DNA from: Ostreococcus lucimarinus
Taxonomy: Eukaryota
Direction: 5' to 3' (one strand)
NCBI GenBank assembly: GCA_000092065.1
Contig: CP000581.1
DNA: 64,000 bases
A model generated the notes under the pieces. The model worked only from the letters and a program-made list of their open reading frames with translations. It searched no databases and had not been told where the DNA came from. The translations under genes were made by a program, and so were the position numbers. Of the stretch, positions 38,857 to 49,237 are shown piece by piece (within the stretch, counting starts at the first letter, position 1; each line of letters begins with the position of its first letter).

Positions 38857-39459
38857 TTAATTACAGTAATATCCGAAGATCAGCGACTGGATGCAGAAGT
38901 CACCCAAAGTGTCGTCCGTGCCGTATAGTATCGGAAGCAAGATGGCGGCGCCGATGTTTCCGAGCGAAAAGAATGAAAGCAAAAACGCGCAGAATACGAC
39001 GACGCCTTTGATTTGTGCTGGGTCGGTGAAGAAGTTGGAATACGTCCCAATGTACAAATCAGGATCTTCGCGATCGCCCACGCGATCGCCCTCTTGCGGC
39101 ATGCGCCCTTTCACTCGCATATTTTCATCGTCATCGCCGTACGCGCGCGCGACGACGACGGACGTGCGCGAGTAGACATTCTTCTTGACTGCCACCGTCG
39201 CGCGCGATCGCGCCGTCGTCCTGGTCGATGTCGACGATGATGAGCGCGCACGCATCGCACACACCGACCGCTCGATCGTCATCGCCGATGTCGTCGCCAT
39301 CGCGATCGCCAACGCGCGCGCGTCGTGATGTCGGGTGGTGGAGACTTTTTGCACCGCACGGAGAGTCGACGAGTCAGCGCAAGGTGGATCGCTAGAGAGA
39401 ACTAAGATGATATACAATGATATACAACGACAAGCGAACTCGGCGGCGTCCAAACTCAA
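38857..39459 (-). CDS. Possible small membrane protein (two C-terminal TM helices); weak call
   Basis: Only the C-terminal ~90 aa look protein-like ('DPDLYIGTYSNFFTDPAQIKGVVVFCAFLLSFFSLGNIGAAILLPILYGTDDTLGDFCIQSLIFGYYCN'). Start and exon structure are unknown. Confidence 0.25.
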   Translation of the reverse strand: MSLDAAEFACRCISLYIILVLSSDPPCADSSTLRAVQKVSTTRHHDARALAIAMATTSAMTIERSVCAMRARSSSSTSTRTTARSRATVAVKKNVYSRTSVVVARAYGDDDENMRVKGRMPQEGDRVGDREDPDLYIGTYSNFFTDPAQIKGVVVFCAFLLSFFSLGNIGAAILLPILYGTDDTLGDFCIQSLIFGYYCN

Positions 39460-39461
39460 AG

Positions 39462-40208
39462 CTACGGCGCGCCACCGAACGTAGGTGCGGTGGCCGCGGG
39501 AGCGGACGGCGCGGCTCCATCCACTCCTAGCGGCGCCGCGGCGACGCGCGCGCGCTCAGCGCTCTGTTCGCGAATCTGCGACTCGAGCGTATTGATTTCG
39601 CGAGCTAGCGCTGCACCTCGGGCGAATACCATATCCCGCTCGATCGCCGCCGCCCGAGCATTCTGCTGCGCGCGATGTAAGAGTAAGGATTCCACGAACG
39701 CGCGTTCGTTTGCGTCCAGCGGCGCCCCGTCGGCCGAAGCCGCAAGTCGTTCTTCGACTTTCGGCAGCATCGCGCGCACGTCGCCAACGAATGTGGACGC
39801 TTCCTCGGCGAACACTTCCAAGTCTCGCGTCCACGCCTCTTCTCGAGCGAGTTTCAACACGCCCTCTATTTCGTTGCCTCCGTTTGCGGGCTTCGGATTC
39901 CACCTCGGGTCCCACCCAACGTCTTCCGGTCCCGCGTACGCGTGAAACGCGAGCAATCTATCGCGGGCGTCTTCCACGGATGTAAACGCATCTTTCCCGC
40001 CCTGTCGAGTCAAGCACGCGATGGCCTCCGCGCCGTCTTCTCTCGCGCGCACGCTCGCAGTCTGCGTCAAGCGCGAGACCTCACCGGGGGCGGGGACGCG
40101 CACGTCTACGTCTGAGGACGCCGCGTTCGTCGTCGCGTTCGTCGTCGCGTGCGTCGCCGCGTTCGTCGTCGCGTCTTCGTCGTCGTCTCCCGACCGCGAC
40201 GCCGCCAT
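39462..40208 (-). CDS. Hypothetical protein, no family recognised
   Basis: 248 aa with ATG at 40208. Structured-looking middle ('FHAYAGPEDVGWDPRWNPKPANGGNEIEGVLKLAREEAWTRDLEVFAEEAS'), Ala-rich ends. Confidence 0.35.
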   Translation of the reverse strand: MAASRSGDDDEDATTNAATHATTNATTNAASSDVDVRVPAPGEVSRLTQTASVRAREDGAEAIACLTRQGGKDAFTSVEDARDRLLAFHAYAGPEDVGWDPRWNPKPANGGNEIEGVLKLAREEAWTRDLEVFAEEASTFVGDVRAMLPKVEERLAASADGAPLDANERAFVESLLLHRAQQNARAAAIERDMVFARGAALAREINTLESQIREQSAERARVAAAPLGVDGAAPSAPAATAPTFGGAP

Positions 40209-40276
40209 CTCGACGTCGAAGCGGACGCAAAGTGCGGACGCGGCGCGCGGACGGACGCCACTGGACGGCGCCTTTC

Positions 40277-41284
40277 ATGACAAAGTTTGAGTCGTGCGCG
40301 AAGGGCGCCGACCGCAGGGGCGCGGTCGTGGCCGAGGACGTGCTCCTCGGCGACGCGTACGACGTTCCCGACGATGGCGTCGAAGTGGACGCGAAAACCG
40401 GGGAATTGCGCGCGCACCGCGACGACGACGAAACGACGGATGCCGAGCGTGTTGCGTTGGCTAAAGCGCGCGCGACGACGACGGGGGCGGCGTCGGCGCA
40501 CAGGGTGTTCGTAGACGTCGTAAAAACCGATGCCTCCGACGCTTGCGAACCGACGGCGACGGTCGTGATGGAGTTTCACGCCCACGACGAAGACTCGACG
40601 ACAAACGCGGCGCGCGCGTTGGAGTGGTTTGACAACGCGTTCGAGACGCGAACGAGTGGGCAATCGTACGTGGGAGCGGGCGTGCGCGTGATTGAGAACG
40701 GGAAGATACTACAGATAGAAGCACCCATCGCGTACGAGGCGACGAAGAAGACGAAGAGGGCGACGACGATCCGCGAGGTGACGCCGAGGGACGCGTGGTT
40801 GGACGAAGGCGAGGTGCGCGTTTTCCTTGGCGCGAGCGCGGCGAGTTCGGCGGCGCTTAAGATTCCGGAGAGGGCGACGTACTTGGGTAAAGCGAGTGAG
40901 AGCTCATTCATCAACTTGGTCGACGCTATTTCGCGCTCGATGGATATCTTCATACGCGATGGTGCCGCGCGCGTCGGCGTGTGCGGGGCGCTTTTGGACG
41001 AACGCGGCGGCACGCGGGAAAACACGCTCGTGGACTTGAACCGTAAAAGAGTGGAACTCGAAACTGCGAAGCTCCATGAGCGAAACGAAACCGTGGACGC
41101 CACGAAGAAACGGCTCGCGCAAGAATCTGAGGCTTTGAGCGATCGCGTACGCGATGCTGTCCTGTACGCCTCTCGAGCGAAAAAGGCGAAGGAGCGCGTC
41201 GGCGGCGGCAAGCCGACCTGGGACATCCTCGCGGACGAAAGCGATAGCGATAGCGATAACGATAGGGACGTTGAGCATGGATAG
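40277..41284 (+). CDS. Hypothetical protein: globular head, then coiled-coil, then acidic Ser/Asp tail (XRCC4-like architecture, unconfirmed)
   Basis: 'MTKFESCAKG...' through 'LVDLNRKRVELETAKLHERNETVDATKKRLAQESEALSDRVRD', ending 'WDILADESDSDSDNDRDVEHG'. Homology not established. Confidence 0.4.
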   Translation: MTKFESCAKGADRRGAVVAEDVLLGDAYDVPDDGVEVDAKTGELRAHRDDDETTDAERVALAKARATTTGAASAHRVFVDVVKTDASDACEPTATVVMEFHAHDEDSTTNAARALEWFDNAFETRTSGQSYVGAGVRVIENGKILQIEAPIAYEATKKTKRATTIREVTPRDAWLDEGEVRVFLGASAASSAALKIPERATYLGKASESSFINLVDAISRSMDIFIRDGAARVGVCGALLDERGGTRENTLVDLNRKRVELETAKLHERNETVDATKKRLAQESEALSDRVRDAVLYASRAKKAKERVGGGKPTWDILADESDSDSDNDRDVEHG

Positions 41285-41443
41285 CGCGGTAGCGATTGTT
41301 TTAATTGGGAATCATGTCAAATTCAAAGTTCTAATGTGGAAACGCGAACGTTTCGCTAAAAAGCGTGCTCTTGGAAGGATTGACGTCGCTCGTCGTCGAA
41401 GACGACGAAGTTGTAAATAAACCTCCCTTATCCCGCGTTTTTT

Positions 41444-41852
41444 TTACTTCCACCATGGAGGATTCTGGCCGGTCCGGAAGTCAGCTTCAGTCCACGGCGT
41501 AAACGTCACCACGTCGGAGTCCGTCACGACGACGTGGGCGAGGGCCAAGGAAAGTGGAGCCGGACCGCGAATCACCTTCCCGTCGGCGTTGTACTGGGAG
41601 CCGTGGCACGGGCACTTGAACTTGTTCTCGGCCTTGTTCCACGGGACGACGCAGCCCAAGTGCGTGCACACAGCGTTCAACCCGAAGTCCGTGAGGGAAC
41701 CATCTTGCTTGACGATCAAGTACGTGGCGTCACCCTTCAAGCCTTGCGTGAGCGAGTAGTCGCCCGGCAAGTGCGTCTTGAGCCATTCTCCCTTCTTGAT
41801 GTCGTTACCATTCGCGTCCTTAGCCGGTTGACCGGCGCCGCCGCCGCCGGCG
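41444..41852 (-). CDS. petC: Cytochrome b6-f complex Rieske iron-sulfur subunit PetC, exon 2 (2Fe-2S domain)
   Basis: '[135 protein letters not shown]' aligns almost residue-for-residue with plant/algal PetC (the CTHLGC and CPCHGS cluster boxes). Confidence 0.92.
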
Positions 41853-42228
41853 CTGTGCGTTCAAAACAGTTTTATCCGTCAGTCTCCTCGCGTTGCGCGC
41901 ACTATTGTTCAATCCAATCCCAAGAACGGCGTCGCGACCGTTTCGAATCGCTCCCTCAGCCCGATCGCCCGCCGCGAGGCGTCGTGGTAGAGTTTGAACT
42001 CTACGCCTGCGTCGACCGTGGCGAGATCGAGTGCCGTAGTATCGCGTGTGCTTCCCCTCCGCGCCACCGCTCTCTCGCGGTGGCGACGGCGCGGTCAGCG
42101 CAATCCATGGCGCCGCGTCCGGGTGTGGATAGATATCCCTGACCCTAGCCTAACGTTGTGCCGTCTCGCGCGATCGGATAGCGATCGCGCTCGTGGCGAT
42201 CGCGACGCGCGCGCGTCGCTGTGCGCAC
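41853..42228 (-). other. Spliceosomal intron (376 bp, GT...AG, phase 2) in petC
   Basis: On the coding strand the donor is 'ag|gtgcgc' (after 42229) and the acceptor is 'ttttgaacgcacag|cgcc' (before 41852). Joining restores '[13 protein letters not shown]', the conserved Gly-rich hinge of PetC. An in-frame TGA lies in the intron just before exon 2. Confidence 0.88.
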
Positions 42229-42470
42229 CTCGGGGGCACGAAGAAGTAGGCATAGCCGCCGATCAACGACGTCGCCGGCAAACCGATCGCACCGACGAGC
42301 AGAAGGTTCATAACGCTTCGCTTCGTCATATCCGGCACGTCCGCGGATGCGCTCGCCGCGCGGGGCACGACCGTGCGCGCGCTGCGCGCGGCGTTGCGCT
42401 TGACGGGCGCGCGCTGCGCGCGCACGCGGGTGCACCCGAGTTTTTGGGTCGTCGAGAGAGAGAACGCCAT
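42229..42470 (-). CDS. petC: PetC exon 1 (chloroplast transit peptide plus membrane anchor helix)
   Basis: '[12 protein letters not shown]...[38 protein letters not shown]' matches the PetC 'DMxKRxxMNLLLxGAxxLP...FFVPP' region. ATG at 42470. The exon ends in phase 2 with 'ccg ag|GTGCGC'. Confidence 0.9.
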
Positions 42471-42983
42471 GGTGTGTGCGACGATCACGCGCGCGAGTGA
42501 CGCGCGCGACGTCGACGGACGTCCGCGGATGCACGCGGATGGCCCCGTCGCGGACGTCGATCGTCGATCGTCGATCGTTTTTGACCCGTGTGCGAAATCA
42601 ATCACGTACATCACGGCATTCGAACGCCATGACGCTCGCGATCACGCGCGCGCGATAAAATCAATCCCGCCGCGACGCGCGTCCGACAGTCCGAGCGCCC
42701 GGTCGTCGCGCGCGGGGACGGACGTCGCTCGACGTCGCCCGGCAGACGACGGACGTCCGCGCGGACATGGCGGGGCGATGGACGATCGAGGCGCGAACGT
42801 GACGAGGAGAGCGAAACAAAGCCGAAGCCGGGCGACGACCCGGTGCGGCGCGGTCCGAGGGGCTGCCAATCGCGGCGACGGCTCGGGCGACCGAGCGCCC
42901 GCCATTGCGGGAGCGGATTGAAACAAACAATCCCGACGCGTCTTGACGCGTCTTGACGCGTCTTGACGCGCGCGAACGCCCGA

Positions 42984-43586
42984 ATGGAAGCGGTGTATGA
43001 GATGATGGGCTATCCCAAGCCCAAACGCGTGGTCGTGCTCGGAATTCAGGGCGCCGGGAAGACGAGCGCGCTCGAACGCGTCAAGGACGCGTACGACGCA
43101 AACGCCAGAGGTTTGCGCCCCGATCAAATCATATCCACTGTAGGGATGAACATAGCCAAGATCTCCAATGCCGAACTCAACGTGGAGCTCACGTTCTGGG
43201 ATCTCGGCGGCGCGTTCGGGCTGCGTGGGATTTGGGAGAGCTATTTCCAGGACGCCGACGCGTGCTTGTACGTCGTCGACGGCGCCGAAGAGCGAGCGCT
43301 GGAGGAGTCCATGGTCGAGCTTGAGCGCGCCATGCGCAACAAACGATTCTCAAAATCGATGCCAATCCTCATCATCAGCGCGAAGAGCGATTTGAGCGGT
43401 CCCGAAGGGTTGGAAATGGTTCGCGCGTCGTGCGAAGACGTCTTCGCGCGCGTCGACGGCGGCGGCTCTCGGCGTCAGACCCGCGTGTTCCCGGTCGATT
43501 GTCGCACGGGACTAGGGGTAAAACCCGCGATCGAATGGCTCGCTCGCGCCCTCGCGCCGTCTTCGTCGCTGTTTAGTTTGTCATAG
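42984..43586 (+). CDS. ARFRP1: ARF-family small GTPase, ARFRP1-like
   Basis: P-loop 'VLGIQGAGKTSALE', switch region 'IISTVGMNIAKI', G3 'WDLGGAFGL' (Ala where Arf-family has the catalytic Gln), G4 'ISAKSDL'. No N-terminal Gly-2 (as in ARFRP1). The first ATG is 42984 (the track start 42963 is TTG). Confidence 0.75.
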   Translation: MEAVYEMMGYPKPKRVVVLGIQGAGKTSALERVKDAYDANARGLRPDQIISTVGMNIAKISNAELNVELTFWDLGGAFGLRGIWESYFQDADACLYVVDGAEERALEESMVELERAMRNKRFSKSMPILIISAKSDLSGPEGLEMVRASCEDVFARVDGGGSRRQTRVFPVDCRTGLGVKPAIEWLARALAPSSSLFSLS

Positions 43587-43816
43587 CGCGTCCCTGGCGC
43601 GGTGTAAAATTTCTCGTCTCAGTCTCTCGGTCGCTTCGACGTCCGTGTTTAGCTCCCTGATGTGGATAGCGTTCCGTTGGATTTTCGCGGTTCAGGAACG
43701 GCGAGACGGACCGCGACTCGTGTTGACGCCATTTGTTCGCGCGCGCGGCGCCGCGTCGCTCGCGTCGTCGTCGTGAATTGCGACCTTGATCGTTTGATCG
43801 AGTGCGCCGCGTAGCC

Positions 43817-44974
43817 ATGGTGTCTGTCGCCGTCGCTCGTCCGCGCGTCGCGCACGCGTCAACACACGCGCGCGAGCGGCGTCAACGCGCGAGCGGCGCG
43901 AGACGCTCGAACGCGCCGCGCGCGTTTTTGGCGTCGTCGACGGCGGTGCACGCGAACGATGCGTCGTCGTGCGCGATGCTGAAACGCGCGAGTTGGAGAG
44001 GTAAATATGCGCTGAATGTGCGCGCGTCGTCGACGTCGAGCGCGTCCGAAGTGGCCGATCGCAACGGCGCCGACGGTGGCGGTGAAGCCAACGGGTCGGC
44101 GACCACCGGCGCGGGAACCTCCTTCACCGCGCTTGACGATTCGTTTCGCGGATTAGAGGGCACAGAATGGTTTTCGCGTGATTTCTCCGAGAGTGGCAGA
44201 CGATTCAGTGAGGTTTTTCCCGTGAGATTCGCCGAAGTGGGTTCCAACGGCGAGGCGACCATGGTGACGATAGCCGACTTGATTCAAGAGTGCGCCTGCA
44301 ATCACGCGCAAGGTATCTGGGGTGTCGGTCAATCTATGCCGGCGGAGATGGCGCGAGCAAACTTGGCGTGGGTGTGTACCAGACTTCACTTGCGCGTGCG
44401 CAAGTACCCGAAATGGGGGGAGAAGGTTGCGGTGAGCACTTGGTTCGAACCTCAAGGGAAGATAGCGGCTAGGCGCGACTACGCCATCACGGACGCGCAA
44501 ACTGGAGAATGCATGGGCGAAGCGACGTCGCAATGGGTTGTGTTTAATCTCGGGAGTCGAAGAATGGCGCGCATCCCGAACTCGGTGTTGGAAGATTTCA
44601 AATTCCAATCCTTGCAGCAACAGGTGATGGAGGAAGGATACGCCGCGGATAAGCTCCCAGACGTGTCTGAAGTCGGGGGAGCGTGCGCGGCTCCCATCAC
44701 GCATAACGTGCGCCGTAACGACATGGATATGAACGGACACGTAAACAATGTCGTGTACGTTCAATGGCTACTCGAGAGCGTGCCCCCGGAAACGTGGGAA
44801 AAGCACGTGTTGAGTGAAATTATCTTGGAGTATCGATCCGAGTGCAACTTTGGCGACAGCGTCACGGCGACGTGCTGCGAGATTGAAGAGGCAAACGATA
44901 CCTACGTGCTCCTACATAAATTAGCGCGAGGCGAGGGTGAAATAGTTCGAGCAAAGACGGTCTGGAGGAAGTAA
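43817..44974 (+). CDS. FAT: Plastidial acyl-ACP thioesterase (FatA/FatB family, PF01643)
   Basis: Transit-peptide-like N-terminus, then tandem hotdog folds with 'ADLIQECACNHAQ', 'WVVFNLGSRRMARIP' and the catalytic region 'RRNDMDMNGHVNNVVYVQWLLESVP' characteristic of FatA/B. Confidence 0.85.
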   Translation: MVSVAVARPRVAHASTHARERRQRASGARRSNAPRAFLASSTAVHANDASSCAMLKRASWRGKYALNVRASSTSSASEVADRNGADGGGEANGSATTGAGTSFTALDDSFRGLEGTEWFSRDFSESGRRFSEVFPVRFAEVGSNGEATMVTIADLIQECACNHAQGIWGVGQSMPAEMARANLAWVCTRLHLRVRKYPKWGEKVAVSTWFEPQGKIAARRDYAITDAQTGECMGEATSQWVVFNLGSRRMARIPNSVLEDFKFQSLQQQVMEEGYAADKLPDVSEVGGACAAPITHNVRRNDMDMNGHVNNVVYVQWLLESVPPETWEKHVLSEIILEYRSECNFGDSVTATCCEIEEANDTYVLLHKLARGEGEIVRAKTVWRK

Positions 44975-45103
44975 AGACAAAGTAGCGCGAGCGATAATAT
45001 CTCGGCGGTGGCGAAGCATCGAACGACGTGTAAATGAAAATAGCAAACGACGCGACTGCGCATTCCTTCGCCACACATCACCACTTCGCTACGCGCGGCG
45101 ACC

Positions 45104-46936
45104 ATGTACCCACGCGTGGATGCCTCAATAGCCCTGTCGTGCGTCTGCGTGTTCTCATTGTCGGTACTCGCGCTCGCTGTCGAGTGTGTTGGAGACTTTG
45201 TGAACGACGTCGAACGACTCGCACAGTGTGAGTCCGTTGCTGGTGGCAACCTAACTTTCTCCAGTGTCGACGAAGTCATCGGACCTCGATTGCGTTACAT
45301 CACCAATGGATCGATCATCATCACAAACGTGTCTAATTCATCCATTCTATTTCCACGCCTGTTGAGCGTTCACGGTGGCTCCGTGCGTGTTCACGACTAC
45401 GGCGGTCGGTTGAAGCGTCTCGAAGGATTTCATGCGCTTGAATTGATTGAGGGAGATCTTGAGATTTCTGAGGCCCCAAACTTGACTGGCTGGGATGCGT
45501 TCACGTCGCTGTCGCGGGTCACTGGAAGTGTGACGCTGAAAACGCTCGCAATTGCGACGGTGGGGCTTCCATCTCTCATGGATGTGGGCATATTCACAGC
45601 TCGCGGTTTGCCTGCGCTCAACTCGCTCAAAGGACTCGAAAATCTTCGTTCGGTGAGAAAACTAGAACTGGACTCCGAATACGAATCATGGTCGTTCGGT
45701 GAGTGTGGATCGATAAACGTTACCGCCACGCCGCCAGTGCGAAACGTGTGCAACGACTCGCACATGACGTGCGTGGATAATCGATGCGTTGAAACGCTCT
45801 TGTCGACGCTCGCAAACGCGATAGAAGTTCGAACATTTACGTCGCTCGTTCTTCACGATGAACTCTATAGTCGGCGATTTCAGACTATATCGGGACACGC
45901 GATGACGACCGTGTTCGCGCCGAAAGACATAGCCTGGTACCATCGAAACTTGACGACTCCCGCTCGCGCGACCGCAGCAGAGCGCTCCGATATCATCGCG
46001 GCGCACGTGGTAATGAGCTCTTCCAATCATGCGCTTCGACATGGTCAGCGCCTAATCACCGATTTGGGCGTCAAAGAGGTAATGGTGAGTGCGTCTTCTG
46101 ACACTGTTGCACACTCGCTTGTCGCAATCGAAACGGGACGTCGTCGGATCGTGCTCGGCGGATTTCCGGTGAAAGAGACGCGTTGTAGAGTGTACGGTAC
46201 CGCAACGTTTTTTTGGAAAGAGTGTCTACCATCCATGTACACGGAAATAATCGTAAAATCGTCGGATGCCCGACTAGGCGTGGAGAGCAAATTTTCGCGC
46301 GCTGAGCAATCGATAGGACCTATATTTGCCTCACTCGAGAGCCGCGCTGATGGAGACGACGCGTTCTCGGAGGAAGACTTGGATTTCGAAGAAGAGTACG
46401 TGCGCGCGCTACTGTTTGACGAAATCATAGCGCCGTCGTCGTCATCGTCGTCATCGTCGTCCGCATTCGCGTCGAACTCGAACGTGCACGGCGCTATCGT
46501 GGATTCTGCTAGAAGATCATCCAACGGAATCGTACTCATCGTGGATGGAACCTTGTTTCCGAGAAGACTTGACAGAGTGCCTGCGCCGCAGGCAAACGGT
46601 TCGAGCTCGCCGATTCCATCGCGTCCACCGCCGACGCCGACGCCACAATTTTTGTCTCCACCGTCACCACCAGCTCAAAGACCACCGCCACCAATCCTTG
46701 GTTCATTCAATCCAATATATTGGCAAACACGCCCGCCGCCTCCGTCCGCAACTGCTGGAAGTGCGCGCGAGCCGCCGCCGTCACCACCTCCTTCAAAAGG
46801 CTCGTGCCTCGCGGTGCTTCCAAATATTTGCGGGCTGTGTGATTTCACGGACGACGCCGCACCGTGCTGCTGTGACAGTGAGTGCGCGCAAACTGGAGAT
46901 TGTTGTTCGGACTATGCCGTGGTCTGCCTGTCGTAG
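45104..46936 (+). CDS. Secreted glycoprotein-like protein: signal peptide, N-glycosylation-sequon-rich beta-solenoid/receptor-L-like region, Pro-rich linker, C-terminal Cys knot
   Basis: Signal peptide 'MYPRVDASIALSCVCVFSLSVLALA'; many NxS/T sequons ('NGSIIITNVSNSS'); 'PPPTPTPQFLSPPSPPAQRPPPPIL'; C-terminus 'CGLCDFTDDAAPCCCDSECAQTGDCCSDYAVVCLS'. Confidence 0.5.
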   Translation: MYPRVDASIALSCVCVFSLSVLALAVECVGDFVNDVERLAQCESVAGGNLTFSSVDEVIGPRLRYITNGSIIITNVSNSSILFPRLLSVHGGSVRVHDYGGRLKRLEGFHALELIEGDLEISEAPNLTGWDAFTSLSRVTGSVTLKTLAIATVGLPSLMDVGIFTARGLPALNSLKGLENLRSVRKLELDSEYESWSFGECGSINVTATPPVRNVCNDSHMTCVDNRCVETLLSTLANAIEVRTFTSLVLHDELYSRRFQTISGHAMTTVFAPKDIAWYHRNLTTPARATAAERSDIIAAHVVMSSSNHALRHGQRLITDLGVKEVMVSASSDTVAHSLVAIETGRRRIVLGGFPVKETRCRVYGTATFFWKECLPSMYTEIIVKSSDARLGVESKFSRAEQSIGPIFASLESRADGDDAFSEEDLDFEEEYVRALLFDEIIAPSSSSSSSSSAFASNSNVHGAIVDSARRSSNGIVLIVDGTLFPRRLDRVPAPQANGSSSPIPSRPPPTPTPQFLSPPSPPAQRPPPPILGSFNPIYWQTRPPPPSATAGSAREPPPSPPPSKGSCLAVLPNICGLCDFTDDAAPCCCDSECAQTGDCCSDYAVVCLS

Positions 46937-47200
46937 TACAGTAGAAGAGATCTGAATTAGAGCAAAGTCAGTCGCGTGCGGTTGAGCGGATCGCTTGCTT
47001 TCGGAAAATGCGTTTTGTCGTCTCATGCGTCCTTTCGAGGACGGAATATGCTGATTTCATCGATCGCACAGCCTAATTACCAGCGCACAACCGTCATCTA
47101 GCGATACTGATCATCAGTGGGTCATCATTAACGTCGCGTTTGCTCGAGTTGTCGTCCCCTCGCTTCCCGCACCTTGGATTTAAAATATTTGAACCGACCG

Positions 47201-49237
47201 CTACTTTTTATACTCGTATTCGATGCGCAAACGCCGCTCCGTTCCCTCACCGACGGCGCTATGACTTAGCATGTACGTGTCCACCAACGCCTGTTGCATT
47301 TCGATGATGCGTCCCGATCGAGGCAATAGCTCGACAGGCTCGCGATGGGGAATGACGAGCTGCTCGACGGCCATGCGCACCTCTTCCAGGGCATCCGTTT
47401 CATCCGCGCTCGACGTAGTCGCTCGCTGTCTATTTTCTTGAGCACCACTTCCTCCGTTAAATCCATCACTTGCACCCGTTATGCCTAACATGGCTTGCAA
47501 AGCGCGAACGAGCTGCGCCGAGTTATCTGCCCGCACGGCGTAAATCGGCATACCTCGCGCTCTAGCCGCGTGTCGTAGCCACGTGGACGTCTTCACTTGC
47601 GATTTTGGCGCAATGACCACGCTCGCGTCTTCAAGAAGGTCAACCAAGCACACTCGATCACCCAAGTCCATGCTCTCCATGACGCGCTCCAGAGCGTCGC
47701 GACTAACTTTGAACGGAAACACTCGAAGAGCGTGCGGAGGGCACGTGTTGTCGTCTTCGTCGTCTTCGACGTCGTTCACGATGACGTCTTCGCCGCCGAG
47801 TTCGAAACGCGTGTTATCCACAAACTGTTGCGTCGTCGACGATGATCGACGTCGCGATGCGCTTGCGATTTCTAAAGCCGCGAGCTCAGAGCTCGATCGA
47901 GGCTGGACTTTTTGCGCCGTCGGTCGAGGCGCCGTCGCGTCGTACGCTAGGATTTCTCCAAGAACGCTCGCCTTTCGGCGACTTGTGTACTCTGCCTCCG
48001 TCGTCACCGTTCCATCTTCGTTCAGAACGCGTAGTTCGGTCATCGGCGACTGCCCCGCGAGTAAAGCGTCGACAGAAGCCGCGACGTCGGTGTGAACTCT
48101 CCAAGTGCCGATGTCGAGCATTTCCACGGCGATGGTAAACGTTGGTGGACCCGCCCTTTCGAGCACACTCTTCTGGACCCCTCGTCTACGTGCTTCGTCG
48201 TCGCCAAGAGTGACGCTCACAACACCACCTATCAAATCACATAACGCCGGGTTCTTCAAAACGTTCTCCAGCGTGTGTCCGTGCGCCGTACCAATCATCT
48301 GCACGCCTCGCTCGCTGATGGTTTGCGCTGCGTCCGCCTCTTGCTGCGTGCCGATTTCATCAACCACCACCGTCTGGGGCGTGTGATTTTCCACGGCTTC
48401 GATGAGCACGAGATGCTGTTCGCTCGCGTTCGGGACTTGCATTCGACGGGCACCACCTATACCGCGATGGGGAACGTCGCCGTCGCCCCCGATTTCATTT
48501 GACGTATCAACGATGACGACACGGCGAGAATGCTCATCCGACAGAATGCGAGAAATCTCTCGAATAGCCGTCGTTTTTCCTACACCAGGCCGTCCGAGAA
48601 GTAGTATCGAATTATTAAACGTCGTCACCGACGTTTCGGCGTCCAAAACGTCCCTGATAAGTTCGGCAGAACCCGAGATCGCGCGTCCGACTCGACACGT
48701 CGCGCCGATGACTTTGCCGTAACGATTCTTAATCGCGCTTATTCTGTGCAAAGTCCCGTTGATACCCGCGCGATTATCTCGTCCGACGTCTCCAACCTTT
48801 GTCATCATTCTATTCAAATCTTCGTACGTCACGAGCTCGTCCCCGATTGTGGCATCGCCGTCCGGAAACCGCGCCTTTGGTAGTCTTCCCAAGTCGAGCA
48901 CGACTTCGGTGAGCTCGAGCCTTCGCGCGTCTTCCGCCAACGCCCGTCGCACGCGCTCGGGCGCCGCGTCGAGCAATAGCGCAATTTCTTTTTCGCTCGT
49001 CACCGCCGCCAGCGTCGCTCGCTTTCGAGCGGCGAGCACGTCCTCCTTCGTCAACGCCAACGCGCCCGCGCTCGAGGACGTCGACGTCGCGTCGTCGGCG
49101 TCGTCGACGGCGTCGCGCCGCGTCGCGCGCCGAGGGCTGGCGCGGCGCCATCGCGCGCTTCGTCGTCCCTTAGTCCACCCGTCGCACCGCGCGGACGCGG
49201 ACGCGGACGTCGACGTCGTCGTCGGCGCCCCCCGCAT
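47201..49237 (-). CDS. ycf45: P-loop ATPase of the SpoIIIAA / Ycf45 (SPD1-like) family, organelle-targeted
   Basis: Walker A 'LLLGRPGVGKTTAIREISRIL', Walker B 'TVVVDEIGTQQEA', 'GVQMIGTAHGHTLENVLKNPALCDLIGGV'. The start is uncertain (ATG 49237 chosen; the track start 49522 would overlap the divergent transporter gene). Confidence 0.6.
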   Translation of the reverse strand: MRGAPTTTSTSASASARCDGWTKGRRSARWRRASPRRATRRDAVDDADDATSTSSSAGALALTKEDVLAARKRATLAAVTSEKEIALLLDAAPERVRRALAEDARRLELTEVVLDLGRLPKARFPDGDATIGDELVTYEDLNRMMTKVGDVGRDNRAGINGTLHRISAIKNRYGKVIGATCRVGRAISGSAELIRDVLDAETSVTTFNNSILLLGRPGVGKTTAIREISRILSDEHSRRVVIVDTSNEIGGDGDVPHRGIGGARRMQVPNASEQHLVLIEAVENHTPQTVVVDEIGTQQEADAAQTISERGVQMIGTAHGHTLENVLKNPALCDLIGGVVSVTLGDDEARRRGVQKSVLERAGPPTFTIAVEMLDIGTWRVHTDVAASVDALLAGQSPMTELRVLNEDGTVTTEAEYTSRRKASVLGEILAYDATAPRPTAQKVQPRSSSELAALEIASASRRRSSSTTQQFVDNTRFELGGEDVIVNDVEDDEDDNTCPPHALRVFPFKVSRDALERVMESMDLGDRVCLVDLLEDASVVIAPKSQVKTSTWLRHAARARGMPIYAVRADNSAQLVRALQAMLGITGASDGFNGGSGAQENRQRATTSSADETDALEEVRMAVEQLVIPHREPVELLPRSGRIIEMQQALVDTYMLSHSAVGEGTERRLRIEYEYKK

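Noticed and set aside
41534-42142. A 202-aa plus-strand ORF spanning the petC intron
   Set aside because: It lies antisense to petC and across its intron and has no recognisable features. petC exon homology explains this locus.
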